From positions 310,001 through 374,000 of the forward strand of contig JBNJNM010000007.1 of assembly GCA_052426225.1 (NCBI GenBank): 64,000 bases of DNA, read 5' to 3'. Under the pieces are notes generated by a model. It made no database searches. It worked only from the letters and a program-made list of their open reading frames with translations, and had not been told where the DNA came from. The translations under genes and the position numbers were made by a program. Position 1 is the stretch's first letter. Each line of letters opens with the position of its first letter. This document shows positions 37,306 through 51,200 of the stretch, in pieces. This DNA is from Zancudomyces culisetae HAW-14-8. Its lineage: Eukaryota; Fungi; Kickxellomycota.

Positions 37306-39435
37306 AATAATAGAATTGGTCAAGTTCTATCATCTAGCTATACACCGAAAAAGTAAACTTACAACTCAAAACTCGGGTTTATATGTTTCAGGTTTTCATT
37401 CTTATTATTTTTATTATTAAAGTTTAGATTTCAAAATAAAATGATATACAAATATATACTTTTCTATGAATAAGCGTAATATGTTAATTTTATTAAAGTT
37501 TTCTCTACTTGTCATGAGCATGATGTGTTAAGATTTTTAATTAGCGATTTTTCAATAATGATTCAAAATCTTTTTTAAATGAAATATTGTGTTAATTAAT
37601 TTTAGTTATTCGAGTATTTATTAACTCAGAACAAAGAGTTTAAATATATATTATTTATTATTGTTGAATATTGAGTTATAGTATAGATATTTTTATTAAA
37701 GTCAATATTAAACTTATATATAAATTAAACTATTTTGATTTGAAATCCTTAGCGATAAAAAAGATCTTTCTATATATAAAAAATCGTTTTCAAACAAACA
37801 AATAGTACCTAGTGTCGATTGTGACACACACCGAGGTAATAAAATTAAATGTTAACAAGATTCAATTAACATTATAAAATAAAATATATTTTTCCAGACT
37901 TGAGATTACAGATCCATATATGTTGCGCTGTTGATTTTCCCTTTGGTTGAACTATTGTGCTGCATCTCGGCTAATTTCCAAAGTTAGAGTTTGTTTGCTT
38001 CTATTTATAATAGACTTGAATGTTTGGAAGAATTAATTACATATTAGAAAAATTTATCCTAAAGTGATTAGAACTTATAGAAATTTGTATTGGTTATCGT
38101 TTTAACGACTATGAATTACGGTGAGTTCCACTAACAATCCACTTTTTGGTAGGTATCAGTGTATCCCGGTTCTGTGTACATTTTCAGTTTTTGAACATTG
38201 TTTTTCGCTAAGTTTATTTAGTTTTTAAAAAAAAATCCCTCCTTTTTATATTCTGCTTTGCTTACTATGTTTCATCTATGGAAAGTTACAAAGACCAAAA
38301 ATCTGTTAACTATGGATAAATTATTTATAAAATAAAATTCTACAACTAGAAAATAAGATATTAATTTTCTCAAACTGATATAATTTCGTTCAGTTTAGTT
38401 GAAGTTACTATATTATTTCGAAATGACTGTGTTATAAAGTGGCAGAGATCCCCTCTAGACACTATAGGACTGACAAACGAATGAGTTCACTATTATTTTA
38501 TTAATTATTATATTACTTTATGCTGATCGTAAATTATGTTCTATTATGATTAATTATTAGTCTATATATTATTATAAAGTTCTAGTTTATTTTTTTTAAT
38601 CTGCGGATTTTTTCTAGATTAGAACTAACAAAAAATATAAGTGTTTAATATATAAATAGCAATAATATAGTTAGGTTTATTAAATAGTAACTTTTAAGTA
38701 TAAATACTAGTAGTTTTTCGTTTAAAAAATATTATCATTAAATATGTTTTTGATCTATTTACTAATAGTCTATAATAATATATATATTAAAACTAATATA
38801 AAATAGTAAGATATATCTGTTTTCGTAGTAAATATATAGAATATTGAATAAGCGAAAAGAAAAGACTATTTTTCACTAACAACAGTAAATCACAACTTTA
38901 CATTTCCGCTATGCATATTTAATAGTTGACTACTTGACACTATAATTATACTAGCAATTCTATTCCATCTACAACAAGACATGAATCAAATAGTAAATTA
39001 ATCGTTTGGATTGTATGGTACATCATCGTTATTTTATTATTATATTAGTGTAGTAATAAGTCACAACTCCCTTTTTCACATCCTTAAAGATATACTCAAC
39101 TTTAAAACATTGAAAAACTTCAATTGGAAATAATATTATACATTTATTGTACACTGCGAGCTGGATATTACCACATCTCTTGTATCAATAGCATTATGAC
39201 TTTAAATAAAATGCTGAAATTATATTTTGATGTATTTTATAAAAATTAGATGGGTCCATATTTCTCGTTCATCTCATCTCATCTCATCTCATCTCCTTAT
39301 TCGTTTTGCTTTCTATATAGGATTGTTTTTTGAATCTTCGTAAATGGGCCTTTACACCAGCAACTTGCGATATATTGCCAAAATTGAAAAATAAAAATAA
39401 ATAAAAAAACAGTATCTAGCAAGCCCACACACATC

Positions 39436-42186
39436 CTAAAAATAGTCAGAAAGATTAAAATGCATTTCATTTTCACTATCATTTCTACCAAAAACACCAC
39501 TAAACTGTTCTTCATCTTTAAACTTGGTATTTTCACAACATTTGGCTAATACATCCACAAACTCATGATCATTGTACTTGCGCGCCAGTTTAATACACTC
39601 AGTTAGCTCATCCTCGGGATTCGCACCAGCCTGGACCAATAGTTTTACAAGCTCCAAATTATTTGTACTACAAGCCAGATATATTATACCATTACACCTT
39701 TTGTTTGAGAGATCGATTCCACTCGAAATCAATAGTTTAACCATCTCAGTATCCCTAAACATACATGCTGTCTTCAATACTTTATACTTATTTCTCCCCG
39801 TACTACATCCCTTCTCGAACAAATATCGTACTATCTCAGGACTGTTTGATCTATAAGCCTCGCCTATACTTTGACTATATCTGTGATTCATGTCTGCTCC
39901 CTTCTCTACCAACACTCTAACCATTTCAAGACTTCCAAGCTCGCACGCAGTAGGAAGAGCATCGCTAATCGATTTTGGATCTATTTCCCATCCTTGACTA
40001 AATAGGTTTTTCAGAGCCTCAACATTTCCCGATTCAGAGACTCTTTGCACTAATTTTGAACTTTTATACTGTGGTTTTACACCTTTGCTAGTGAAATGAT
40101 TAATCCATTTTATGTCTCCATTATAATACAGTTTTCTCAACAGTAGTTCGTTTTCCGAAGGTTTACACATTGTACTATCAAACAACAGATTGAGTATCTC
40201 GAGTTTAGCATTTTCTACCCTTGAAACCATCTCTATGAAATTTTCATCGTTAATCACACATGCTCTAAGGCAATGTCCTTTCATAGCATTTTTCTCCATT
40301 CGAAACTTTTCTCTCAACTCAAAAATGTTCCTGGTATTAAACCTGCGTTCATTTCTACTATTGAATTTGTTTAATTTGTAGTTATTTTTTATCATGAATC
40401 CGCTAATTCTAATTACTCTCTGGGCATATACAAGACATTTTGTAGGATTCCTAAACTCATTGATTGAATAATTCACTCCGATAACATCACTTTTAATTCG
40501 TCCAATATTACCATCGTTTATGTTATCCACCAACCTATTATACTCCCGCTTACTGAACCCCAACCCGTATTCACAAAGACACTCCAAAACTCTTGAATAC
40601 CTATTTTTTTCACTAGCACTACCTTCGATGGTATTTCTGGGGCCATTTATATCAAAATCGAATTTTCCAAATACCAAATACTCCAAAACTATTTGCTCAG
40701 CCCGATTGAGCAATCCAGAAACTACAGGTCTGTCCTCATCGGTTTTAACACCACTTTTTATTAGAAATCGTACCATTTCAAGACAAACCCTAATACAAGC
40801 AAGCTCGATTGCATCAAAACTACATTTGGTTATATCCATCCCTAGTTTTACAAATTTCTTTACTAGGCCAACGTTCCCCGAGCCAATCGCTTCCTTTAAA
40901 CTCAGCTCGGTAGCTGAAGTTGGATACTTTTTCATTATCTTTGACGCTAGTTTAAAATCGTAGTCCTGGATAGCCGCCATCAATGCATAATCATCCAATT
41001 CTCTCATCAGACATTTCTCGCGATTCACCAGATATCTGATTATGCTGGTATTATGATTACTATATGCCATGTGTGTCAGTTTTCTAATATTTGCCCGGTC
41101 CAGTTCAACTGTAGCAAGCGTTTTCTTTACATATTTCCACCTTCTCATTGCTATTGATACATCAAACGCTATCTGTTTATACCTCGGACCCATATCACAC
41201 TGTAAAATATAATCCAATACATATTTCTTTTCATATTTTATAGAGTAGTATACGCAAGAGCTGTATATTATCTCGGTTGCTCGGTCTTCAGATCTGACCA
41301 CACGCTCGAATTTATAATAATCATATCTGTCACTAAATGATGGTGATCGTCTGAAAATCTGGAAGTTCTTGTAGTCGAGTTCTACATACACTTTGAGCTT
41401 CATCAGTCTTTTTAGAAGCTCAAGATCTCCTTCTACACACACCATTTTCGGAGCTATTATCAAAAACACTACTATATTTTTACTAAACAATAATGATATT
41501 TCGGAATCGATGTTGCCAAACAAACTCTCTGGAAGTTTTATTGGCTTTTCACATAACTCCACTATTTCTTCTACAACCATTTTGTTATTACAACTGTATA
41601 ATTGCTGAGAGACAAACATACTCACGCTTCTCAAAGCTATCAGTGGTCTGACAGAAATCGTATCTGTAATAAATATATCAGAGTTACCTCTTGCTTCATC
41701 AGTTTGTGTATTTAATCTATCTATATCTATGTCCAGTATTTCACCATCATGCATAAACGCGGTATTTGCGTAGATGACATCGCCACTCACAGTGCTAACT
41801 ACAATATACATTCGCATTAGCTTTTTAACTATATTTTTCCATCTATTTCTTATTGCCAGCTCTAACACTCGTTCATATCTTATTTTTTTAATTTTTCTCA
41901 GTAATAGTACCCCAGCCTCTTCGTTTAATCGCAAGAATGGATATTTTTCGTAAATTTTATCCAAATTAGTGTAAAAGTATAGTTCTCTGTTGATTCTAGT
42001 ATACCTCAGTATAAAGTCACGAATGGTACTTGATTGGTGTGAGCCATAGTGCATACCTCTGGTGATTAGGGCAGCTCTGGGGTTCTGTGAAAGTACAAAT
42101 ATTTTGGACACCACATTAACAGGCAAGTCGTTGAATGTACATATTCCAAGATGTTTATTCTTGCTTTCCCCGTGTTTCTTTTCCAT
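39436..42186 (-). CDS. Ankyrin-repeat protein with an N-terminal F-box-like motif, intronless
   Basis: FNDLPVNVVSKIFVLSQNP at the N-terminus; degenerate ankyrin repeats (ACELGSLEMVRVLVEKGAD, ACSTNNLELVKLLVQAGAN). Confidence 0.8.
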   Translation of the reverse strand: MEKKHGESKNKHLGICTFNDLPVNVVSKIFVLSQNPRAALITRGMHYGSHQSSTIRDFILRYTRINRELYFYTNLDKIYEKYPFLRLNEEAGVLLLRKIKKIRYERVLELAIRNRWKNIVKKLMRMYIVVSTVSGDVIYANTAFMHDGEILDIDIDRLNTQTDEARGNSDIFITDTISVRPLIALRSVSMFVSQQLYSCNNKMVVEEIVELCEKPIKLPESLFGNIDSEISLLFSKNIVVFLIIAPKMVCVEGDLELLKRLMKLKVYVELDYKNFQIFRRSPSFSDRYDYYKFERVVRSEDRATEIIYSSCVYYSIKYEKKYVLDYILQCDMGPRYKQIAFDVSIAMRRWKYVKKTLATVELDRANIRKLTHMAYSNHNTSIIRYLVNREKCLMRELDDYALMAAIQDYDFKLASKIMKKYPTSATELSLKEAIGSGNVGLVKKFVKLGMDITKCSFDAIELACIRVCLEMVRFLIKSGVKTDEDRPVVSGLLNRAEQIVLEYLVFGKFDFDINGPRNTIEGSASEKNRYSRVLECLCEYGLGFSKREYNRLVDNINDGNIGRIKSDVIGVNYSINEFRNPTKCLVYAQRVIRISGFMIKNNYKLNKFNSRNERRFNTRNIFELREKFRMEKNAMKGHCLRACVINDENFIEMVSRVENAKLEILNLLFDSTMCKPSENELLLRKLYYNGDIKWINHFTSKGVKPQYKSSKLVQRVSESGNVEALKNLFSQGWEIDPKSISDALPTACELGSLEMVRVLVEKGADMNHRYSQSIGEAYRSNSPEIVRYLFEKGCSTGRNKYKVLKTACMFRDTEMVKLLISSGIDLSNKRCNGIIYLACSTNNLELVKLLVQAGANPEDELTECIKLARKYNDHEFVDVLAKCCENTKFKDEEQFSGVFGRNDSENEMHFNLSDYF

Positions 42187-44503
42187 TTCGTGCTATCTGG
42201 TATTTTTCTCTTGGTTTGGGTATTATTTATGCTTCTATTATACAATAACACACGGAAATTTAATTACTACCCTTCCTAAGTTTGAAGGATATATATATCC
42301 GAAATATTTACTGGCTACTGAATCGATCTGCGCTAAGTATGTGTCGTTTTTTATGCTCTTTATTTTGTTTTGCGGTATATATTTTAATAACTGATCGATT
42401 AGTAGTTGATTGTTTCGAATATTTAACTAAGCCCAATTTGTTTCCTCAAAAGATTGCCCCATTTCGTGCCTAAAATCCACTAAAGACAAGACATATTATA
42501 CCTAGGCATAGTTATGCAATACCGCTTACTCACTCAATAAACAACCCAACAAAAAATAAAGGTGAGTTGTGCAGGTTGTGATTATTCAGAACTGTCAAAC
42601 TGGAGCAAGTTATTAGTGTTAACGGATTGATGAGTCTACTGATTATTAGCAACACTGCCTCAAAACTCACAAAAAAGCATAACCACTCAGAAAAAATGAG
42701 CGAACTTTCCTAGATTTACATCGTAATTCCAAGCAATATCCAGCTACCCAATAGTTTATTATTTTTACATGCAAGTACCTAATTGGCTAAACTATTTCCG
42801 GAGAATCTCAGTAGTGTAAATCGTGGATCTTTTCTTTTTTTGTATTCATGAGCCAAGAAGGGAAAATATTTTCCTGAAGACAAAAATCCTATTCCGAAAC
42901 CAATCTATCGGTTGGAAAAGATAAAAACCAAAAAGTATGGTTTAAATATCTGGAGTTCATATATATCCGTATTCCCAGGTTGATGTATAAAACTGACAAC
43001 ACTCTGTTAATATTCTGTTTTAAGAAAGACTCTTATCTCCTATCAACATTCAGCTGAACACCGCTTCATAGTGAGTGCTGTACATTAATTCGACGGTGGA
43101 CTGTACCACCGTGTATTTTACGTTTCAGCAGTACTGTTTATATCGCAATAATTTTTTATTTAATAGAACTGTTTATATTTTGTATTAAACATAGCAGATA
43201 CAGGGCGACGTCTTTACGTAGTACCACTTTGTCATTAAATTGATTCTTGTTACGGGCTTAACAAAGTGTTGGCATTTAATTAAAAGGAAAAAAATGTTAC
43301 AATATCTATGGATTTGTTTTAAAACCGAGATACCCTTATCTCTCTTGCAATATTTCCTTTGGTTTGCTCGCTTTTCAAATGATTGATTATTAATCATGAA
43401 TACTAGCCTCTAGCTTGATACGTCTTTGGCAAAGTAAAGTGTAAAAAACTTGCCCGGAGATGGCAATTTAGGTAGTACAAATTCTTGGAAATCCATAAAA
43501 CTATTACGCTATTCCTTCAAAAAACTGTATCTTTTGCTTTCAGGTACATGATTGATAGACTGTTGGCGTATCAATCAAACATGATTTTAAATGTGAATTA
43601 TTCAAAAGGAAATACTAACTAAAAAAAATTCTTACTAAAACAATAACATGACTGTTATAGATCCAATTAGACTATCGGATCAAATTTATTTTAAATGCTA
43701 TTTCATAATGTAAAGAATATCCAGTACTGTTGTATCATACTTGAGAAAATTGAAAAAATTAGGTATTGATTCATTAATTTCTAGAGAGCTTCAATAACCA
43801 ATGAAATGGTACCGGGTGTGACCATTATTAAATACATTGACATGATTAATTCTCCAAACATACTGTGTTTGGTAACTTTGGTAGTTTTGAATTAGCTAAG
43901 AGGAGTGAAATGATTTTTTCTGTAAACTATGGTGTGTTGCTATGGTACTAGTGGAGAATGTGTTTTGTTGTACACATATTCTGTAAAACCAAAACTATAT
44001 GAAGTTCAGTATATTATAAACAAGTAAATGGATTCTGTGTGGCTTTTAATAGTGTTTGGTGTAATCAAGAAACCGGAGGAACCTACTTTTAGTAATATTT
44101 TGGGATTGTGTTGATTTTGGAAAAAAAATGATATTTTGATGCGTTTTAGAAAAAAAATTATTTGCGACTAACAAATAAACGAATTTTATAATAATATAAA
44201 AGAACAAAATGAAGTTTTTAGTTGAAATTTATGTTTAATTCTAGTTAAAAGGGTATGTCCACCTTACCATTCCCGATTCAGAATACCAGTATTTTTCATA
44301 AATAAAAGAGTCTAATAGAAAAACATTGATCTAGATAATCGAACAATCTCACACATCAAGCGAAAAGAGACTAAAAAAACGAGGCATATACTTAATAATA
44401 AAAAATCATAGTATATAAACACAGAACCGGGTATGAACCTCGACTGCCATTATATCTCCTCAAACTATTTCATTATATGCTTTCTACTTGAACTAAAGTT
44501 AAA

Positions 44504-46891
44504 ATGTCCTTAAAAAAAGCTATAAACGAAAACACTGCTAGTAGTGGCAGTAAGCGAAAAAGATCAAAGCCAAACACAGACAACACCTACAAAAAACACA
44601 TAATACGATTCAGGCTTAATAAGAAGAAAAAAGTGAATAAGAAGCTCATCAATCGAGTTTTTTACGGAACTCTCAAGGGTCTACAAAAAATGGCTAAACT
44701 ATTGAACAAGCATGTTAAAAAAGTAAACTCCGTTCCCAAGGGGAACTTTCGTCAGGATATAAAGCATGGAGTAAAGAACTTGATGACAGTTGTCTGTGTT
44801 GTCAATGTAAACTTTCAAAACATAATTGGTGGGGATTCAGAAGATATAGTATTATCAAGACTTCTACGAGATGTAATAGATGTGTTGATGGATAGGTTTA
44901 TACATCGCTACCATTTGGTTGCAAATGTCATAAGGATTCCCCAGTTTATACAAAACATAAAGAGTTTTCAAGTGCCGAAATACGTGGTGTGTACTCTTTT
45001 GCTGATGGGATCAACTGTATTAAAAGATGAGAAATTTCATAAAGTATTTACTGAAGAGAGGCGTAAAAGAGCATTAAAATATGTCACTGAATATATGGAA
45101 ACAATATTCAGTATACCAGATTGTTTGAGTGTATGGACAATGATAGTGTTAGCCAGATACTACGCTACGATTGGAATTACTACACAGTGTACAAAATACG
45201 TACATCTAGCAGCCAGACTAGCTATTTCGATGAGGTTGCATAGGATTGATGAATATTACATTACAACTTCAGCCGATGAGGGCGAGAGCTTGGTAGTGGA
45301 AAAAGAGCTTAAAAGGCGCCTTTGGTGGTGTTCGTATATTTTTTGTGTGGTAATTTCTGAAGTAATGTCAGTTCAACCTGCTTTACACCTTAAGGACATA
45401 CTTGTAAACTTACCCAGTAATGACCGTTCATGGCACAGCAATCTCAATTTTATACCACAAAGAACCAACTCTGCGAATACGAAGAGGATGGTTCTAAGCA
45501 GTGAAGGAGAATTCAAATTTGATACATTTGCTTTATATGTGATTCTGTCCAGGATAAGGCATATAAACCTATCTTTTATAAATCGGAGAGAGATTACAAT
45601 AGCAAAGGACACGGATAAAGACTACCAGCGCTATTTGCGATTATTCACAAATTCTATGCAATTTCAGGAGCATGTCGTGGTGAAATTTCACAATGAGATG
45701 AAAAAAATATTGGCATTTGGAGTGCGCAACCCAGATATAGTAAATGTAATGAGCATAGAGTGCTTTATACTACGGTACTGTACACTAATTATAAACACCT
45801 GTATGGCAAATCTACATGTTTGTACATCAGAGGTAGCTTACTATGAAAATGTGGATATTCCTCCAGAGAGAGTAAAACTGGCTAAAATGATAATAATTGA
45901 TAATACCATCTGCTTTACAGAAGTATTCTACTGGTTAATGTCAAACTTTTCTGTTTATAAGTTTGATGATGAACTGAATCACATAGCTTTTCATGCTTTT
46001 AAGCATCTCACTAACTTGGAATACATCAAAGATCTGAATAGACATAACGCGATCATAAATGGCAAAAAATTAATATCCGAGTATTATGAAAGACAGAAAT
46101 CAACATCGTTATTAGCAAAGACGTTTACATATATGTCCTTTAACTTATTCGACCTTAAAAAAATATACGACAAGGCAAATGCCAAATTTAGAAGCGTTCT
46201 TCCAGGTTTCGGAATGAGAATGCTGTCACCATATGACTACAATCCGTGGTTGGTTCCAAATGGAAGCAGCTATCTAAAAAAGGCATGTTGCCACAATTCA
46301 CACAATTCAAAGGTTCATGACCCGTTCTTGTTAAGCAGCCTCGCTGCAAAAAATAACCTGGATCAAAACATAGGGTTTCTATCGTCATTTGTTAATGAAG
46401 CCGGTAAAAAGCGGTTTATAATGGCGGTTGACTTGAAACCAGTAATCGAAGAATCAGTCGGACTCAATTTACCATTTAATGAGCTCAAGATTTTCAAACA
46501 GTCATCTGCAAATCAAAGTAGTCATACCACCAATGTTCCAACCCTCGATGATAATCCTAAAAACTTTTATGTAAAAGTTGTTGACTTTTCTGAACGTTCC
46601 CAGAATATAACGGTGCTTTATAAATGCAAAAAAATGATTGAGCGTGTATTTTACCCGATTTTGAGTACAAATGCCAAATATATGTATAAAAGCCAGTCCC
46701 CAACATTTGATCAGCACTTTGTTATATCCGGTTATAGGGAAGCCTTTTCGAGCTTTAACTTTACCGAACTATTGTATAATCCTATCGAGCAAGCACAGAG
46801 AGGCGATGCAACTCGTGGATGTGAGTTCATCAACAAAAACAACACACAACTCGACTTTAACTTGGCCATTAACTCTATGAACGATGGTTAA
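44504..46891 (+). CDS. Fungal-specific transcription factor domain (Fungal_trans/MHR) protein lacking a Zn2Cys6 cluster
   Basis: LAARLAISMRLHRID...EKELKRRLWWCSYI..D..VNLPSND motif; basic NLS-like N-terminus; no CxxCx6C cluster in the ORF. Confidence 0.75.
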   Translation: MSLKKAINENTASSGSKRKRSKPNTDNTYKKHIIRFRLNKKKKVNKKLINRVFYGTLKGLQKMAKLLNKHVKKVNSVPKGNFRQDIKHGVKNLMTVVCVVNVNFQNIIGGDSEDIVLSRLLRDVIDVLMDRFIHRYHLVANVIRIPQFIQNIKSFQVPKYVVCTLLLMGSTVLKDEKFHKVFTEERRKRALKYVTEYMETIFSIPDCLSVWTMIVLARYYATIGITTQCTKYVHLAARLAISMRLHRIDEYYITTSADEGESLVVEKELKRRLWWCSYIFCVVISEVMSVQPALHLKDILVNLPSNDRSWHSNLNFIPQRTNSANTKRMVLSSEGEFKFDTFALYVILSRIRHINLSFINRREITIAKDTDKDYQRYLRLFTNSMQFQEHVVVKFHNEMKKILAFGVRNPDIVNVMSIECFILRYCTLIINTCMANLHVCTSEVAYYENVDIPPERVKLAKMIIIDNTICFTEVFYWLMSNFSVYKFDDELNHIAFHAFKHLTNLEYIKDLNRHNAIINGKKLISEYYERQKSTSLLAKTFTYMSFNLFDLKKIYDKANAKFRSVLPGFGMRMLSPYDYNPWLVPNGSSYLKKACCHNSHNSKVHDPFLLSSLAAKNNLDQNIGFLSSFVNEAGKKRFIMAVDLKPVIEESVGLNLPFNELKIFKQSSANQSSHTTNVPTLDDNPKNFYVKVVDFSERSQNITVLYKCKKMIERVFYPILSTNAKYMYKSQSPTFDQHFVISGYREAFSSFNFTELLYNPIEQAQRGDATRGCEFINKNNTQLDFNLAINSMNDG

Positions 46892-48285
46892 TCCCATAGG
46901 TTTACGGTATGTTTGTAAGGTTGTTGGACTACCGTCTGGCTAGTTTCTAGAGTATATTTTGAGGTCTCCCTTTTATTTTTATTTTTTTTTGATAGTTGCT
47001 AAACTATATAAAAATATTGATCTTTCTACCGAGACAGTTTCTAAACCAAACCAAAAATAGGTGTAAAATCTTTTAGCAGGACAAAAGTGGAGAAGAATTG
47101 GCTGTACAAATGTTTATACAAGGTGTTTTATTTTATTTTAGCGTTGGTCTACTATTAAGTTAACATATCCATTGTATTCAAAAGGAAATAAATTCGGGTA
47201 AACCGACTTTGTACTGCCAATCTTTGGTTTTATCATCAACAGATGTCCTAATTTTGCGTTAAGCAAATAGAGAGGAGTTGTCACAAGACGATTAAATCAT
47301 GGGTGGCATATGGAATCTTGTGGAATCTTGTGGAAGCTTTACTTAAAAGTACATTTTTTTGAAATAAATTATGATGTGTTTGTGGTAAAAAAAAATAAAA
47401 ACAAAATCACATTACAAATTCTCATTACATTGACTTTACTCGTAACGTGGGGGGGGGGGGGGTGGGGGGTATAACGCCTTAAATTATAGATATGTCACCT
47501 GTAAGATAGTAAATGATGATACACTAATTCAGGGAGAGAGGGAAGATTGAGAAAATGCGGAAAAGTTAAATAAAGTTAGAAAAGGAGCTTGTCAAGCCTT
47601 AATTAGTAATAAAGGTGCAAAATTGGAGATCCATACTGTTTGTTACCAAAAGTATAATCAATAATTATTTATTAACAAATTAATAACAGTTATTTTTGTT
47701 ATTCTTACTTGATGGTGTTATAATAAATGCATACTCTTCTATCTAATCCGAAGTTAAAAAAAACTAAAAAATACTGAACTTAAAAACAGTTGAGGGAAAT
47801 TGATACAAAGAGCAATAAGAAACCCGATAAGAACAATTAGTATGAATAATTATCATATTCCTGTCAAGATCTGGAGTCAGGAGAGTTATATTTATTATTA
47901 TTAAAGTTTATTGTATGAATGTATACAAGATACTAGATACTGAATCCAAGACAGGAAAATTGTACCCTTTTTATACTTTTTTCCAGCCTTGGTTTTTGAA
48001 CAAAATCACTATGAAAACTGCGGAATAGCTAAAAATGCAAGTTAAAGTAAAACGTGTTTGATTACTAATCAAATTGGATTAGTAATCAAACAAAAATCAA
48101 ACTCGAATGCTAATAAAATTAAACATGTGAAAATTATTACGTAAGAAAAATTAATAAATAATGTGAATTTTCGGTAATGTTCTAGAATGTTGGGGAACAT
48201 TCTAAACATTACTGCGGAATAAAATCAGATGATTCTAGAACGTTTTTGAACATTCTAGAATCAGTTCATGACACGACCTCCCCTC

Positions 48286-51200
48286 TTAAGGCTGAGCTCC
48301 GTGAAGCATTTGTGTTGGCTTTGGTTTTTCAGGATGGTGACGATGGAATTCAGTGACAAGATATTTTGCATTTGCTAAGTCAGAATATGTTTGCCAGGTA
48401 CGTTCAGTGTCTGGGTATCCTTTCCAGTGTACCAGGTATTTGACAGTTCTACCAAATATTTTACTATCTAGGATTTTCTCAACTTCATATTCTTCTTGAC
48501 CATCAATGATCACAGGTGGAAGCGGTTTTGATAGTCTGTCTGGGATCAGATCTGGTTTACAAGGTTCAAGGAGATTGACGTGGAATACTGGGTGAATCTT
48601 CATTGTGTGTGGTAGCTGAAGTTTGTATGATCTTTGTCCAATCTTTTCCAATACTTTGAATGGACCAAGTTTCCGATAGTCAAGCTTCTTGCTTGGTCTT
48701 TGAGTCCTGATGTTTTTAGTTGAGAGATAGACAATATCACCAATGTTGAAGTCAGGTTGTGATGATACTTTTCGGTTGTAGTATTTCTCATGGTCTTCAA
48801 GGGCAAGGGAGATGTTAAACTTCAGTTCTTGATGGATATCAGATAGTCGTTTGGATCTATCAGAGGAAGCAGGATTTAAAACTTGAGTACGAGGGATTAT
48901 GACTGAGAAGCGTGGATGGAAGCCATAGTTTGCGTAGAAAGGTGTGGTCTTAGTAGAAGCATGAGATGTGTTGTTGTAGGCGAATTCGGCAATTGGTAAC
49001 CACTTTGACCAATCAGTTTGTTGGTAATCAATGTAGCACCTGAGATACTGTTCCAATACAGAGTTTACGCGTTCAGTTTGTCCATCTGTCTGAGGATGGA
49101 ATGCGGTGGACATTTTCTGTTCAATATTCAGTGATTTCATTAGAGTACGCATGAATGATGAATTGAAGGTCACACCTCTATCAGATACGATGTCTTTAGG
49201 GAGCCCATGTTTGCAGAAGACATGTTGGATAAATAGATCTGCAGTACCTTCAGCATCAATTTCATTGGTTGTGGGAACAAAATGCGCCATCTTGGTAAGG
49301 CGATCCACAAATACACAGATTGCAGTAAAGTTATTGGATGGAGGTAGCTGAGTGATGAAGTCGACAGAAACAGATGACCAAGGTGAATCAGGAACGGGAA
49401 GTGGAGCGAGGTAGCCATATGGTTTATGGCGAGAGGATTTGTTGCGTTGACAGGTATCGCAACCAGAGATGTAGTCTTTGATATATTTTCTCATGGTTGG
49501 CCAGTAAAAGTTGCGAGATACAAGTTCGTATGTCTTTGCATTTCCAAAGTGGCCGGCAGCAGGGGAATCATGGCATTCAATCAGAATTGTTCTTTTGATG
49601 TTGTCGTCTGAGGGGATACAGATTAGTCCATCATAGTGCAGAAGATTGTCAACAAGAGCGAACTTTTCATGGGAATCAGGTTTCTTGGATAAGTCAGTGT
49701 AAATGGGTCCAAAGTACGTGTCTTTGGGTTGTAGTGACTTGATGTTGTTCATGAGCGTGGAGGACAAAGGTTCAACAGGTGTACTAGTCATGGACTTCAA
49801 GAAGATTTCAGGAGGCAGCAAAGTTATTTTGTTTTGGTCAGTACGGGAGTCACCCCCCTTCCAAGGTTGGTCTTTCCGAGAAAGAGCATCGGCGGCAGTG
49901 TTCTGTTTTCCAGGGCGGTACTTGATGACAAAGTTGAAGTTACTGAGGTATTCTGACCATCTGACTTGGCGGCGACTAAGATTTCTGGTAGTGGAGAAGT
50001 ATTCCAAGTTTTTATGGTCGGTCATAACAACGGTTGGGTGTACAGAAAATTCAAGGTAGTGACGCCAGTGAGCAAAAGCGTCGATAATTGCTAACAGTTC
50101 CTTATCATAGATTTGATAATTCACTTCAGCAGGCAGGAGTTTCCGGGAGTAGTATGCAACAGGGTGGAGTTGTCCCTCGTTGTCATACTGGCTGCAAATG
50201 GCACCTAATGCAAAATCTGATGCATCGGTTTCGATGATACAAGGCTGGTCAGGATTGTAGTGAGCTAAGACTGGGTTACTGATCATGGTTTCTTTTAGCA
50301 AGGCGAAAGCTTCTTCAGCTTTGGGTGTCCACTGGAATTGGACACCTTTTTTCAACAAGGCGGTGAGCGGCAGAGATATCTTGGAGTAGTTCAGAATAAA
50401 ACGGCGGTAGAAGTTTGTAAGGCCAAGGAATGCCTGAACGTCACGGACACAAGTTGGTGTCTTCCATTCGGTGACGCTGGATACTTTAGATGGATCCATA
50501 GAGATTCCGTTGGGGCCAATTACAAAACCGAGGAACTGTACTGATTGTACATCAAACTCACATTTCTCTAGCTTGAGGGTGAGATTGTGTTCCTGAAGCT
50601 TCTTCAAGACAAGGCAGACGTGGTCATAGTGCTTATCGATATCATCTGAGTAGATTAACAGATCATCGATGTACACAACAAGGAATTGATCAATGTATTC
50701 ACGGAAGAGATCGTTAACAAAGGACTGGAACGTGGCTGGAGCATTCATAAGGCCAAACGGCATGACCTTATACTCGAAGTGGCCGTAGCGTGTACGAAAC
50801 GCGGTCTTCCATTCTTCACCAGGCGAGATCCTGATCATGTGGTATGCGGATTTCATATCCAGCTTGGTGAATATCTTGGCTTTGCCAAGCCGATCCAAGG
50901 TTTCAGAGATGAGTGGCAAGGCTGCACGGTTGGGGACAGTGATCTTATTCAGGGCTCTATAGTCGACGCACAACCGGAGACTACCATCTTTCTTTTTTAC
51001 AAATAGGACGGGAGCCCCAGCCGGGGATTCAGAGCGTTGGATAAAACCATTGGCTAGGTTTTCCTGAATGTAGTCGTACAGGGTCTTTAGTTCCAATTGG
51101 GAGAGGTTGTACAATGGGCCATATGGTATCTTTGAGTCAGGAAGCAAAGGAATGGTATGATCATATGGACGATGTTCAGGCAGTTTGGCAGATTGGGATT

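Noticed and set aside
47447-47470. Poly-G tract before the TE nest
   Set aside because: Could be a G-quadruplex or a PPT remnant, but no adjoining LTR was identified and homopolymer length is unreliable.
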